From Candidatus Moduliflexus flocculans (GTDB lineage: Bacteria; Moduliflexota; Moduliflexia; Moduliflexales; Moduliflexaceae), in assembly GCA_000739515.1 (NCBI GenBank), contig DF820455.1, forward strand, positions 1,304,712 through 1,368,711: DNA of 64,000 nt, read 5' to 3'. Positions 8,902 to 19,581 of this stretch are shown piece after piece (position 1 is the stretch's first letter; every line of letters begins with the position of its first letter). Under the pieces are notes generated by a model. The model was not told the origin of the DNA. It saw only the letters and a list, made by a program, of their open reading frames with translations, and did no database searches. The position numbers were made by a program, and so were the translations under genes.

Positions 8902-10449
8902 ATGGTTATGAACAGCAAAAAAATGATCATCATTGGAATCATGGTGAGTTGTTGCGCGTTGATTGGCGCGCACGTTGCCCTTGCTGAGGAAGCGGCAGGC
9001 TATCGTTTTGTGTTTGCGCATGGGCCATGGGATCTTGCTCAGGGCAGGATTGATATAAAAGACCAGCCGCAGAATCCCTATTTTCAATATGTCGAAAAAA
9101 CATACGGCGCCGCCCCATTAACCATCTCCTGGGAATGGGATGGCATTAAGGGCTATATTCAGGGATTGCGGTTGTATATGGCGTCAGGAGAGGTGCCGGA
9201 AGCGATGAAAATTGTGGATTTACAATTCGCCTCCGAACTCATCGAGGCTGACATGCTGATCCCGTTAGATGATCTGCTGCCGCAATATGCGCCGGATTTA
9301 TGGAAATTCGTGCCGGAAGACGCCTGGAATATTATTCGCTCGATGGCGCCAGATCATAAGATTTATTACGTGCCGGATATTCCCCCGGTCTATTGGTCTC
9401 GCGCAGGTTTTATCCGCCAGGACTGGCTGGATCGCGTCGGCATGAACGTTCCCACGACCCGCGATGAATTAGTGGCTGTGTATAAAGCGTTTAAGGAAAA
9501 AGATGCCAACGGGAACGGCGATCCCAACGATGAAATTCCGGTGTCTGGACGCGAAGGCATGCGCTGGTGCGATGACTTATTTACGATTCACGGCGTCAGC
9601 ATGATAGAAGGCCATCCGCGCCTCAGTTGGGATGCGGAAAAAAAGCAGATGATTTCGCATCAGGTTTCGGATCAGATGAAAGCGGCGATTGAATTTTTGC
9701 GCTATTTGACTGAAGAAGGGCTAATGGACCCGGTCATGCCGATTCTCAAAAAACAGGATTGGGTTGCCAAGATTAACGCCAATCAGGTTGGCCATTACTT
9801 CCATGTCATTGGCGAGATGGAAAGCTACAGCGCGTTCAGAGAGAAAGACCCGCAGGCGAAATGGACGTATCTTCCGCTTGTCAGCGTACCTGGCGTTCCG
9901 CCGCAAAAGCATGTGTACGTGAATGGCGCTGCGCCGACCAATCCGGTCTTTGCGTTGACGAAAGCCGCCAAAGACCCGGAGAAAATTCTGCGCTGGTATA
10001 ATCAGAGCGTCACCACGATGGATGGCCTTTTATACAAAACACTTGGCATTCCTGAAAAGGACTGGAAGAAAGTGGGCGATCAGATTGAAATCATCAATAA
10101 AGAAACGCCGTATTATAAGTATGTTCCCATCGAAACGACTCAGTATTCACGTGACATTTTTGCGATGAGCGCGATGGGCGATATGAAAGCGCCGATTCTG
10201 GATAAGATGCTTGAAGTCGGCTTCACCGGGTATGATGACGCATCAATGCCGATCTCGATTTATGAAGGATATGAGGATTATGCGCCTGATAAAGCAACAC
10301 TCTATCGGGAATACTGCTCGAAGATGGTGCTTGGCGTGCTGCCGATGAGCGCATGGGATGACTATGTGAAAGAGTGGCATGCCAAAGGCGGCGATGAGGT
10401 CTTAAAACGGGCGACCGAATGGTATAAAAACGTGAACAATATTCAATAA
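8902..10449 (+). CDS. lplA: Extracellular solute-binding lipoprotein, LplA-like, about 515 aa
   Basis: Signal peptide ending in CC, typical of a lipobox. Size matches family-1 SBPs of the Lpl type. RBS GAAGGAGA precedes the start. Confidence 0.75.
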   Translation: MVMNSKKMIIIGIMVSCCALIGAHVALAEEAAGYRFVFAHGPWDLAQGRIDIKDQPQNPYFQYVEKTYGAAPLTISWEWDGIKGYIQGLRLYMASGEVPEAMKIVDLQFASELIEADMLIPLDDLLPQYAPDLWKFVPEDAWNIIRSMAPDHKIYYVPDIPPVYWSRAGFIRQDWLDRVGMNVPTTRDELVAVYKAFKEKDANGNGDPNDEIPVSGREGMRWCDDLFTIHGVSMIEGHPRLSWDAEKKQMISHQVSDQMKAAIEFLRYLTEEGLMDPVMPILKKQDWVAKINANQVGHYFHVIGEMESYSAFREKDPQAKWTYLPLVSVPGVPPQKHVYVNGAAPTNPVFALTKAAKDPEKILRWYNQSVTTMDGLLYKTLGIPEKDWKKVGDQIEIINKETPYYKYVPIETTQYSRDIFAMSAMGDMKAPILDKMLEVGFTGYDDASMPISIYEGYEDYAPDKATLYREYCSKMVLGVLPMSAWDDYVKEWHAKGGDEVLKRATEWYKNVNNIQ

Positions 10450-10470
10450 ACGTTTTTTCTTTGCAACTAT

Positions 10471-10665
10471 TTACCACGAACCACACGAAAGACACGAAAA
10501 TATGGGAAAAGAAATTTCCTGGTTAGTAACGTTGAAAAAATAACTTCGGCTCAGACCTCACAGGTCTCGAAGACCTGTGAGGTCTCTACCGCGAACGTAT
10601 TTTTTACATTTTATTTATCGAAAATAAGTCCTATTTTTTCGTGTCTTTCGTGTGGTTCGTGGTAA
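10471..10665. repeat. Composite repeat: 30-bp perfect outer IRs (TTACCACGAACCACACGAAAGACACGAAAA) enclosing a family-2 MITE at 10527-10614
   Basis: Outer IR at 10471-10500 and its reverse complement at 10636-10665. The inner element carries the GACCTCACAGGTCTCGAAGACCTGTGAGGTC palindrome. Confidence 0.65.
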
Positions 10666-10892
10666 ATAATTAAATAGAACAACCGCATCTTCTTGAAGGA
10701 ATTATTCAGGTCTCAGGCGTGTCAATGCGCGTTTTGGCGGTCAAAGCGCGCGTTGGCGCTTTTGAGACCTGAATAATTATGAAAAAACGCTTGTTTTTTA
10801 TGGCGTTGTAAATACGAATCGTGAAATCATAACCGATGTTGCGTAACACATTCGACATAATGTGATAACATAAAATAACGGAGGGTTCTCAT

Positions 10893-12200
10893 ATGTGTAA
10901 GCATTATCTATTCCATCAGCACGTTCGTCTGATGACGATTCTATCTGTTCTAACTTGTGTCAGCTTATTCAACATGCCGCCTGTGGCATTCGGGCAACAA
11001 TCTTCAGCCCCCGCCACAGTCACGATCTGGGGCTGGGATGAAAAATCTACGGTGCCGCTCCTGCCGGAATTCGAAAAGACCTATCCTGATATTAAAATAA
11101 ACTACGTGACCTTCGCGTCTGATAGCGAATGCATGCAAGCGTTTAAGGCCGCGTATGCCACCGGCGAGAAACTGCCTGATATTATGTGGCTGGAAATTCA
11201 AGCGATTGGCGAGTTTTTAGAGATGGATATCTGGGAGCGGCTGGACGCGCCTCCGTATCAGGCTGATCCGGCGCTGGAATTCGAATCGCTGCATCCGTCA
11301 ATCAAAAATGCCAAAGGCGAGTTAATCGGGCTGCGTTGGGACCTCCCCATTTCTGGCTTAGCGTATCGGCGCGAGTTAGCGAACATCTTTTTTGGCACGG
11401 ACGAGCCGGAAGCATTGGAAGCAATGCTGCCCACGTGGGATGCTGTTTTCGCCAAAGCCGTCGAAACCCGCAAACAGCATGGCGATCTTTTTTTGTTTGC
11501 CAGCCTGAAAGATGCGTTTCGCGTCATTGACGGACAGAATTCAACGCCCATGTTTGACGGCGACACGATGAATTTTCAAAACACGATTGGACGGACATAC
11601 GAACGCCTTGTCGCCATGCGCGACGCCGGTTTAGTGGATGCGCTGCTGCAATGGACGACGGAATGGAATGCGTCGTTCACGCAGAAAAAACATCTGTTCT
11701 ATCCCTGTCCGACCTGGTTTCCGCATTTTGTAATTGAATCCAACGATCCGCAAGGCAAGGGCGCCTGGGGAATGATGACGCCGCCGGAAGGCGGATTTTT
11801 CTGGGGCGGCACGATTCTGGCGATTCCGAAACAGAGCGAAGAGAAGGAGGCCGCCTGGAAATTTTTGCGTTGGTTCCTGTTCAGTCAGGAAGGGGGCAAT
11901 GCGAATAAACAGGCGAACGGCGTCTTTATCGGATTTAAGCCGCTTTATGACAATCCCGAATTTGCGTCATATCATAGCGATTGGTTTGGCGCGCAAGACC
12001 TCGGACAGAAATGGTTTCGCGACATTGCGCCGAAGGCGTCTCCCGTGCGTCCGCCGTCGAAATATGACGCGGTGGTCTCCGAAATCAACAATTTAATTCT
12101 GCAAGCGCTTTCGGAAGATCCAAACATGACGCTTCAAGACGCGCTGACGGGTTTCAAAGAAGAACTCGCCGCGCGATTGCCGGAACTTCGCATTAATTAA
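10893..12200 (+). CDS. ABC transporter extracellular solute-binding protein (family 1, sugar)
   Basis: Has a signal peptide. Length and conserved Trp-rich motifs are typical of sugar SBPs. Confidence 0.75.
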   Translation: MCKHYLFHQHVRLMTILSVLTCVSLFNMPPVAFGQQSSAPATVTIWGWDEKSTVPLLPEFEKTYPDIKINYVTFASDSECMQAFKAAYATGEKLPDIMWLEIQAIGEFLEMDIWERLDAPPYQADPALEFESLHPSIKNAKGELIGLRWDLPISGLAYRRELANIFFGTDEPEALEAMLPTWDAVFAKAVETRKQHGDLFLFASLKDAFRVIDGQNSTPMFDGDTMNFQNTIGRTYERLVAMRDAGLVDALLQWTTEWNASFTQKKHLFYPCPTWFPHFVIESNDPQGKGAWGMMTPPEGGFFWGGTILAIPKQSEEKEAAWKFLRWFLFSQEGGNANKQANGVFIGFKPLYDNPEFASYHSDWFGAQDLGQKWFRDIAPKASPVRPPSKYDAVVSEINNLILQALSEDPNMTLQDALTGFKEELAARLPELRIN

Positions 12201-12234
12201 TCTGACCTCTCATCATTATCAGAGGATACCTGCA

Positions 12235-12260
12235 CAGAACGCCCTTCTACGGGCGCTCTG
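12235..12260 (+). terminator. Hairpin CAGAACGCCCTTCTACGGGCGCTCTG downstream of the SBP gene
   Basis: GC-rich stem followed by a T-rich tract. Confidence 0.45.
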
Positions 12261-12289
12261 TGTGTCTCTGAGAAGGAGCAGCAGCGCGT

Positions 12290-14656
12290 ATGCTTTCGTT
12301 TTTCAGGCGACTGAGCATTCAATGGAAATTAGCCTTCTCATTTATGGCATTAAGTCTGTTTCCGCTGTTCGGTCTCGGGAGCATGGCCTATTTCACGTCC
12401 CAGGCGACGATTCGACAAAAAGTCGGTTTCTACTCCCAAAAGAACCTCGAACAAATCTGCCAGAATCTCCAGGGAACGCTGGAACAGATTGAAAAATTAT
12501 CGCGCTTAATCGTGTTAGATGGCAAGATGAGCGAACGCTTAGCGACGTTCTCAACCCAAACCACGCTGCAAAAACTCAAACGCACGCGCGATATCGAAGC
12601 AGAATTATCAGCGCTGGCAATATCGCATCCAGATGTGCGCCAGATTCTGCTTGCCCGCCGTCATGAACCGCTGCTTGCCTCAAAAGAGTCGCTTTTAGAA
12701 AAAGAACAGAATTATTTTTCCACAGACGATTTCTGGCAAAGCGATTTATATCAGGAAATTGCCAGGCTTCGCGGCCAGGTGATCTGGAAAAGCGGCATTC
12801 GCGGCAAATATACGGAATTCTACCTGCTCAGGCAGCTCATTGATCCCAACACCGCGCAGGAATTAGGCATCTTAGTTTTTGTCATCAAACCCGATTTATT
12901 GAATCGGGTTCTCATTCAGCAGACCCAAAGCGATGGCAGTCAGATGTTTGTCATCGAACAAAGCGCGAAGATTGTCGCCCATTCTCAAGCCTCCCTCACA
13001 GGAACGTCCGTGACGCAAACGTATCTGCCGGAAATCTTCCGCGATTCCCATGCGGGCTATTTTCAAACAGAAACAGCGCTGGTCGTCTTCAGCCCGCTTT
13101 CCAATCAATGGCATATCATCTGGGAAATTCCGCTCACGTTTCTTTTCGAGGAGATTAATCGCGTCGGCATGATTATTGTGCTGGCCGTCGTCGTGTGCGG
13201 CGCGCTGGCCGTCGCGCTCGGTCTTGCCATTTCAAGCGTCTATTCGCGCATCATCCGCGAGTTGGTTGATTCGGCCTCCGCGATTGCGAACGGCGAGTTA
13301 GATCATCCGCTTCAATTGAGCGGCGAAGACGAAATCGGCCAATTAGCCAAACAGTTTGCCACGATGCGGGATGCGATTCGCCAGAAAATCGAAGCGCTGC
13401 AAACGCTCAACAGTGAATTGGATATGCGGGTCGAGCAGCGGACTCTCGAGTTGAGCGCGGCCAATGCGGAACTCGCCCGAGGGCAATACATTTTGAATTG
13501 CTTCATGGACAACGTGCCGGATGGCATTTATTTCAAAGATCGAGATAGCCGTTTTTTCCGATTAAACAATTCGTTTGCCGCAAAATTTGGCGTAAACGAT
13601 CCCGCACTTTTAATCGGCAAATGCGACTTCGATTTTTTCTCGGAGGAATACGCTCGTCCGAAATATGAGCAAGAACAAGAGATTATTCGAACCGGGCAGC
13701 CGCTGTTGGCGTTTGAAGAGCCGGATTTCAACGGGCGCTGGGCGCTCTCCACGAAAATGCCGCTTCGTGATGAATATGGCGAAATTGTCGGCACATTCGG
13801 CATTTCCCGCGATATTACGCCGTTAAAAACCGCGCAAAAACAGATTGAAGATGCCTACGCAGAAATTCAGATATTAAATGAACAATTGAAGCAGGAAAAT
13901 CTGCGCATGAGCGCCGAACTTGATGTCGCCCGGCGCTTGCAGATGATGGTTTTGCCAAAGCCGCAAGAATTAACCCAAATTCCTGATTTAGACATTGTTG
14001 GCTATATGCAGCCCGCCGACGAAGTTGGCGGCGATTATTACGATGTGCTGCATTGCCAGCAGGGGCGCGTCTGTATCGGGATCGGCGATGTCACCGGGCA
14101 TGGCCTGGAAAGCGGCGTGTTGATGCTGATGACACAGACAGCGATTCGGACGCTGATAGATCGGGGAGAAATTGATCCTGTGATTTTTTTGGGTACCTTG
14201 AATCGCGTCCTCTATCAAAATATTCAGCGCATGGGCGGGGATCGCAGCCTGACACTTTCGATGGTGAGTTATCAGAACGGGCAAATCCGGATCATCGGCC
14301 AGCATGAAGAAGCGATTGTTGTGCGTCAAAATGGACAGATTGAGCGATTGGACACGATCGATCTCGGCTTTCCATTAGGCATGGTTGCTGATATTCGCGA
14401 ATGGGTGACTGAAGTAAACGTGACGTTACAGTCAGGAGATGGAGTGGTGCTTTATACTGATGGCATCACGGAAGCGCAAAATGCTCACAACCAATTTTAT
14501 GGCCTTGAACGGCTCTGCGCAGTCATCAGCGCGAACTGGCGCGGCGCGAGCGCGGAGACGGTGAAAGAGGCCATTATCGCCGATGTTCGCGCCTTTATCG
14601 GCAACGCCATCGTGTATGACGATGTCACTCTGGTCGTCTTAAAACAAACGGCCTAA
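12290..14656 (+). CDS. Membrane sensor with a periplasmic domain, HAMP, PAS and a PP2C (SpoIIE/RsbU-like) Ser/Thr phosphatase
   Basis: Two TM helices bracket a ~260-aa extracytoplasmic domain. HAMP sits after TM2, followed by a PAS domain. The C-terminal PPM domain carries ADEVGGDYYDV. Confidence 0.75.
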   Translation: MLSFFRRLSIQWKLAFSFMALSLFPLFGLGSMAYFTSQATIRQKVGFYSQKNLEQICQNLQGTLEQIEKLSRLIVLDGKMSERLATFSTQTTLQKLKRTRDIEAELSALAISHPDVRQILLARRHEPLLASKESLLEKEQNYFSTDDFWQSDLYQEIARLRGQVIWKSGIRGKYTEFYLLRQLIDPNTAQELGILVFVIKPDLLNRVLIQQTQSDGSQMFVIEQSAKIVAHSQASLTGTSVTQTYLPEIFRDSHAGYFQTETALVVFSPLSNQWHIIWEIPLTFLFEEINRVGMIIVLAVVVCGALAVALGLAISSVYSRIIRELVDSASAIANGELDHPLQLSGEDEIGQLAKQFATMRDAIRQKIEALQTLNSELDMRVEQRTLELSAANAELARGQYILNCFMDNVPDGIYFKDRDSRFFRLNNSFAAKFGVNDPALLIGKCDFDFFSEEYARPKYEQEQEIIRTGQPLLAFEEPDFNGRWALSTKMPLRDEYGEIVGTFGISRDITPLKTAQKQIEDAYAEIQILNEQLKQENLRMSAELDVARRLQMMVLPKPQELTQIPDLDIVGYMQPADEVGGDYYDVLHCQQGRVCIGIGDVTGHGLESGVLMLMTQTAIRTLIDRGEIDPVIFLGTLNRVLYQNIQRMGGDRSLTLSMVSYQNGQIRIIGQHEEAIVVRQNGQIERLDTIDLGFPLGMVADIREWVTEVNVTLQSGDGVVLYTDGITEAQNAHNQFYGLERLCAVISANWRGASAETVKEAIIADVRAFIGNAIVYDDVTLVVLKQTA

Positions 14657-14679
14657 ACATAGACGCGCATTTCATAAAA

Positions 14680-15690
14680 TCATAACGCTCGCACCGATTC
14701 CCGCATCACCATTTTCGTGTTGAGCGTCACCACTTGCGGAAAATCTTTATGATCGCCGCGCATCCGCTGCAGCAGCAGATCGGCAGCGGTTTGCGCCATT
14801 CGTTCGAGAGGTTGTTCCACTAAGGTCAGCGGCGGCTCGATGACATCAATCGGGTCAAAGCGGTCAAAGCCGATGACTGACACATCATGCGGAATGTTCA
14901 GGCGCAATTCATGAAGCGCTAATACCGTGCCGATGGTGGCGAAATAATTGGTGGCGTAAATCGCAGTCGGCGGCTGCGGGAGGTCGAACAGACTTTCGAT
15001 CATCACATATTCGCCCGGTTCGATGAAACTCCCTTCTTTCACCCAGCCGCTTTCGACCGGCAGGTTGTAGGTGCGCATGGCGTCGTAATAGCCGCGCAGC
15101 CGTTCGCGATAGACATAGACATCCGGCGAGCCGTTCACAATCGCGATGCGGGTATGTTTGTTGAAGATAAGCTGCTCGACAGCGCGAAATGAGGCGTGAG
15201 CGTTATCCACAATCACGGAATCGGTCTCAAAGCCAGGCAGCAGTTGGTCAATAAACACCACCGGAATATCTTCCGCCGCAAACTCTTCCAGAATCGGCAG
15301 GCTTCCTGCGTCGGCGTAGGAGGGAAAAACGATCAGGCCGTCAACTAAGCGCTCTTTCGCAAAGCGCAATTTCTGTTGCAGACGGTGGCGGTCATTTTCG
15401 TAATTGCAGAGGAGCAGGCTATAGTTTTTCTGTTCAAAAATCTGCTCCAAAATCGTGGTGATGGCCATGAAAAAGACAGCGCGATATTGCGGAATAATCA
15501 CGCCGATCATCATCGAGCGATTCCGGCGCACCGCCTGTGCTAACATGTTTTCCTTGAAGCCTGACGCCTGAATCGCCTGCTCGACTTTGAGGCGGTTATC
15601 TTCCCGCAATTGATAGCCATTCAAATAGCGGGAGACCGTCCCCAGCGACACATTCGCCAGTTTCGCCACATCACGAACCGTTGCAGCCAT
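14680..15690 (-). CDS. LacI-family transcriptional regulator
   Basis: N-terminal HTH (ATVRDVAKLANVSLGTVSRYLNG) plus a periplasmic-binding-protein-like sugar-binding core. Confidence 0.85.
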   Translation of the reverse strand: MAATVRDVAKLANVSLGTVSRYLNGYQLREDNRLKVEQAIQASGFKENMLAQAVRRNRSMMIGVIIPQYRAVFFMAITTILEQIFEQKNYSLLLCNYENDRHRLQQKLRFAKERLVDGLIVFPSYADAGSLPILEEFAAEDIPVVFIDQLLPGFETDSVIVDNAHASFRAVEQLIFNKHTRIAIVNGSPDVYVYRERLRGYYDAMRTYNLPVESGWVKEGSFIEPGEYVMIESLFDLPQPPTAIYATNYFATIGTVLALHELRLNIPHDVSVIGFDRFDPIDVIEPPLTLVEQPLERMAQTAADLLLQRMRGDHKDFPQVVTLNTKMVMRESVRAL

Positions 15691-15844
15691 ATATCACGTG
15701 AAATAGACAGGATTAACATGATTGTATTCGAAAACCCCTCTCAAGGTTTTGAACTCTGGCTAAATTACCCAATCAATAATCATGTCCATCATGTTAATCC
15801 TGTCTAATTCGTATCGTTGAATCGTCTTTTGTTCCCCAGAGATT

Positions 15845-18295
15845 TCAGCATATAGAGGGAATTTGCTGATTTATCGCGCTTCCGGCATATCGGATCACGC
15901 CGTCCGCGTCCGCTGTCGGTTCGACACCGACGCCGCGCCCTTGCCCCACAAGCACGACATGATAATCGCGCTGCGTGGTCAGGCCGTCGAAATTTCCCTG
16001 TCGGTCGGCAAAGGTCACACTGTTCTGCGCGTCATTCCAGGAAATTCCTGTCCAGGCAAACGCGCCGCGCTCGTAATTATAGTTGTCGCCTTCATCTTCG
16101 TACAGGTCAAAGCGCCCGTCTGCGCCGGGATACACGCGCAATTCGTATGCGGCGTCCGGCTGCTCATTCGCATATTGAATTTTCGGACCAAGCGGCAGAA
16201 TCGAACCGGCTTTCACGAAGAGCGGCAGAATCTCTAACGGCGCGGCGGCGTCAATCGTCTGCCCGCCGTGATAGCGCTTACCCGTCCAGAAATCGTACCA
16301 ATCACATCCGGCGGGGAGATAGACGATGCGCGTCTTTCTTGTTCCTTCCAATTTTGCTGAATTCGAGGTGTAATACATCGGCGTTGTCACCGGGCAGACC
16401 ATCAGCGCCGGGCCGAACATGAACTGATCGTTGATGTCATAGACGTTCGGATCGTGACGAAAATCAAACGCCAACATCCGCATCATGGTGTAGGCGTTAT
16501 GCGTTTCCCAACCTGCTAACGAATAGATGTAGGGGAGCAGGCGATAGCGCAGCACGTCGAATTTCACGAGCGTGTCATACGCGGCATCGCCCGGCTTGCC
16601 GAAGCGCCAGATTTCCCGTGGCGTGTCCGTGCCATGCGACCGGAACATCGGCAGAAATGCGCCAAGTTGAAACCAGCGCACATACAATTCACGATAACCT
16701 TCATCGTCGCATCCGTTCGGATAATCGCCCTGCCAGAACCAGAGTTCCGGCTTGTGGGCGACGAAAAATGCGCCGATGTCGAACGTCCATTTCGGGTTGC
16801 CAGTGACGCAGAGATTCAACCCCGCCGCAAGCTGTTTGCGGAAGGTTTCCCACGTGGCGGTCGTATCGCCCGACCAGACGACCGTGCCGTAGCGCTGCTG
16901 CCCCGGAAAATGGGAGCGCGTCAGATTCACCACGCGCTTGTCGGCGGTGACGCTGCGCTGGCCTTCATAGATGCCCTGCGAATGCAGCAGCGAATAGACG
17001 TTCAAATATTCCGGGTCAAGATACTTTTTCCCTTCTGCTGTGTTGATCAAGGCGCGCTTGGATGGTTCGGGCTTAAATGTACCGTTCCAGTCGGCTTCGA
17101 ATGGCTCGGTGCAGTCGCCCCACCAGGCGTCAACGCCATATTGAAACAACCCGTCGTATGCCTGTTTCCAGTATAACGCCCTTGCGCCAGGCAGAAACGG
17201 ATTGTAGTTGCTGTCGTTCGCTAATAGAAACCCTTGCGCCTTCATTTCGGCGTAATTCGGCGTGTTGCGGTTCATGTTCGGCCAGATCGAGATCATTAAA
17301 TGCGTATGTAAATCGTGCAGATCATCCGTCATCTGTTTGGGATCGGGAAAGCGTTCGGCGTCGAAACTCTTCTGCCCCCATTCCCCTTCCGGCCACGATT
17401 TCCAGTCTTGCACGATGCAATCGAGCGGAAGTTGCTTTTCGCGGTAGGTTTTGACGATGTCCAGCAGTTCGGCTTGCGAGGCGTACCGCTCTTTGGATTG
17501 CACGTAGCCGAACGCCCATCTCGGCAGCAGCGGCGCTTGTCCGGTCAACGCGCGGCATTCGGCGACAATCTGGTCGAATTCCGGGCCATAGAGAAAATAG
17601 AAATCCATCTCATCGTCAACTTCCGTCCAGAAATACGAGCCGTGCGCATCGTCATGAAACGCCGCCCACGAGTACGTATCCCAGAGGATGCCGTAGCCTT
17701 TGGTCGAAACAATCATCGGCGCGACGACTTTCATGTTCTGCTGATACAGGTCTTCGCGCTGGCCGCGATAATTCAGGATGCCTTCTTCGTGCTGACCGAG
17801 GCCGTAAATGGCTTCACCATCGGCGAATTCCAACTCAAATTTGGTGGAATACGCCATCCGATCAACCACCATTTTCGAAGAACTCGCCGTGATTCTCAGG
17901 CCGTCTGCTGTCTGCCGGGTTTCCATGCTGGCGGTTTCATCGAATACTGGCCGCTCCACCGGGATTTCATTCAGCCATTTGCCGCCTTGCTGCGGCTCGC
18001 GCACAAGCAGATTTCCGGCGGCGTCCTGCCAGGTGAACGCGCCGGTCGTTTTGCTGATCAGCATTCGAATCTGCGCGGTGCTTAACGTGATTGTTGCGGC
18101 GTCTTCTTGAAACGAAAAGGGCGCATTCGGACTGTTTTGCGGGAGAATCATCAGGCTCGGTTTCGCGCTGAATTGCTCGCGTTGCGTATAGACGACATGA
18201 ATGATGCGCTCGCTCAATACTTCAAGCTTGATGCGGCCTGCGGTGGTGAGCAAAATCAAACCTTGCGCCTGTTGCTGAACATCAATGATTTGCAT
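15845..18295 (-). CDS. Glycoside hydrolase family 31 (alpha-xylosidase/alpha-glucosidase type)
   Basis: 816 aa. Catalytic-region motifs WWGDCTEP and VWSGDTTATWE are typical of GH31. Confidence 0.8.
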   Translation of the reverse strand: MQIIDVQQQAQGLILLTTAGRIKLEVLSERIIHVVYTQREQFSAKPSLMILPQNSPNAPFSFQEDAATITLSTAQIRMLISKTTGAFTWQDAAGNLLVREPQQGGKWLNEIPVERPVFDETASMETRQTADGLRITASSSKMVVDRMAYSTKFELEFADGEAIYGLGQHEEGILNYRGQREDLYQQNMKVVAPMIVSTKGYGILWDTYSWAAFHDDAHGSYFWTEVDDEMDFYFLYGPEFDQIVAECRALTGQAPLLPRWAFGYVQSKERYASQAELLDIVKTYREKQLPLDCIVQDWKSWPEGEWGQKSFDAERFPDPKQMTDDLHDLHTHLMISIWPNMNRNTPNYAEMKAQGFLLANDSNYNPFLPGARALYWKQAYDGLFQYGVDAWWGDCTEPFEADWNGTFKPEPSKRALINTAEGKKYLDPEYLNVYSLLHSQGIYEGQRSVTADKRVVNLTRSHFPGQQRYGTVVWSGDTTATWETFRKQLAAGLNLCVTGNPKWTFDIGAFFVAHKPELWFWQGDYPNGCDDEGYRELYVRWFQLGAFLPMFRSHGTDTPREIWRFGKPGDAAYDTLVKFDVLRYRLLPYIYSLAGWETHNAYTMMRMLAFDFRHDPNVYDINDQFMFGPALMVCPVTTPMYYTSNSAKLEGTRKTRIVYLPAGCDWYDFWTGKRYHGGQTIDAAAPLEILPLFVKAGSILPLGPKIQYANEQPDAAYELRVYPGADGRFDLYEDEGDNYNYERGAFAWTGISWNDAQNSVTFADRQGNFDGLTTQRDYHVVLVGQGRGVGVEPTADADGVIRYAGSAINQQIPSIC

Positions 18296-18314
18296 ATTTG
18301 TTCCTTATAGCGTA

Positions 18315-18345
18315 GCTGTCAGACACCTTGAAGGTGTCTGACAGC
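18315..18345. repeat. Palindrome GCTGTCAGACACCTTGAAGGTGTCTGACAGC, the core hairpin of repeat family 4
   Basis: Perfect 13-bp stem. The same core recurs at 31637-31666, 41352-41384, 46460-46488, 46800-46830 and 58078-58108. Confidence 0.6.
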
Positions 18346-18427
18346 TTTTCTCTAAGTAATGCCGTTCGTTGAGCGAAGTCGAAACGAGCAAATGCGTTCC
18401 CTTCGACTTCGCTCAGGGAGCGCTGCA

Positions 18428-19528
18428 TTACCGATACGGTTCCACCATTTTGATCATGCGTTCAACGTCGGCTTCCTGGAGCGGTACGCCGTCGGCGGTG
18501 ATGACATTCAGATACACGCCTTTGCCGCCGATAGCGTCTAACAGCGGGATGACATCGTTCACGTCAATATTGGCGATCCAGACCGCTTTGTTGGCGTTCA
18601 GAATTTTGCGATACATCTCATACCAATAAGGATCGCCGCCGGGCGGCACTTGCGGGTCGGGCGTCCATTCAATCGCGTTCAGGTCTTCGATGTCGAGCAG
18701 ATGGTCAACGTGGCCGAGGCATTGATGCCCGTCCACATGGAACATCGAGTGTTGCAAAAACTGGCACGATTGCCGCAGATACGGCACGACAAAACGCTTG
18801 AACATGCGCGGAGAAATCATGGCCGCCACATCGCATTGCAGCAAGCCGGTTTTTCCCGCCCCCCAGAGCATGAAATAGCCGAACGCCATGCTGCCGTCGT
18901 CTAATTTAATCAGATCGTACATCCGGTCAAAGGCGAGCATGTAGGCGGCTTCGATTTCCTGAAGTTTTTCATGCACCCATTCCGCGCGATCTACGAGATC
19001 GGTCATCAACTGCGCCGCGCCGCGCAATTCTGACAGCACGTCGAGATTCGGAATAATGGCGGGCATGCCGACGAGATAATTTCCCTGACTCTGCGCAACC
19101 GTTTCGCGAACGATGGTTTCCAGCAATTGACAGGCTGGATGCGCCGCATCAAAGCGCAGCGGCGGATGCGTGTCGGGATCGGTAATACATTCATGATACC
19201 AGATATTTGTCTCGGCAAACTCCTGTGTTGCGCCTAAATACGGCGCAAGCGAGACCGTGCCGATGTCCGGCCAGCAGAGCGGCAAAATGTCCGCCGGCCA
19301 GATTTTCTGCGCCATGTCATAGCGAATATGCTGCGCGACAAATTGCGGGTCAGTGTGACGCTGTTCCGGCGTCGTTGGCGCGGGCGGCGGCGTGACAGCA
19401 ACATGCGGCGGGCGCGGGCTTTTCAGGCCGGTTCCCCAACTGCCGAGAACTAACCCTTCGCGACGCCACCACTGTTCGAAATGCAGTTTCGTTTCAGCCC
19501 AATTGGTTTTCCATAAAGTGTTTGTCAT
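18428..19528 (-). CDS. Uroporphyrinogen-decarboxylase (URO-D)-like family protein inside a sugar operon
   Basis: Length and the C-terminal MISPRMF / LHxDG-type motifs resemble the URO-D/MtaA fold. The sugar-operon context argues against true HemE. Confidence 0.45.
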   Translation of the reverse strand: MTNTLWKTNWAETKLHFEQWWRREGLVLGSWGTGLKSPRPPHVAVTPPPAPTTPEQRHTDPQFVAQHIRYDMAQKIWPADILPLCWPDIGTVSLAPYLGATQEFAETNIWYHECITDPDTHPPLRFDAAHPACQLLETIVRETVAQSQGNYLVGMPAIIPNLDVLSELRGAAQLMTDLVDRAEWVHEKLQEIEAAYMLAFDRMYDLIKLDDGSMAFGYFMLWGAGKTGLLQCDVAAMISPRMFKRFVVPYLRQSCQFLQHSMFHVDGHQCLGHVDHLLDIEDLNAIEWTPDPQVPPGGDPYWYEMYRKILNANKAVWIANIDVNDVIPLLDAIGGKGVYLNVITADGVPLQEADVERMIKMVEPYR

Positions 19529-19542
19529 ATTCTATTTTTAGA

Positions 19543-19572
19543 AACCTCACAGGTTTTTGAAACCTGTGAGGT
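19543..19572. repeat. REP-like intergenic hairpin AACCTCACAGGTTTTTGAAACCTGTGAGGT between the permease and URO-D-like genes
   Basis: Variant of the family-2 core palindrome, sitting within an operon. Confidence 0.5.
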
Positions 19573-19581
19573 GTGTTATTT

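Noticed and set aside
18428-19528. Annotating the URO-D-like gene as hemE (heme biosynthesis)
   Set aside because: It is embedded in and co-oriented with a sugar ABC/GH31 operon. URO-D-fold proteins include non-heme paralogs, so only a family-level call is justified.
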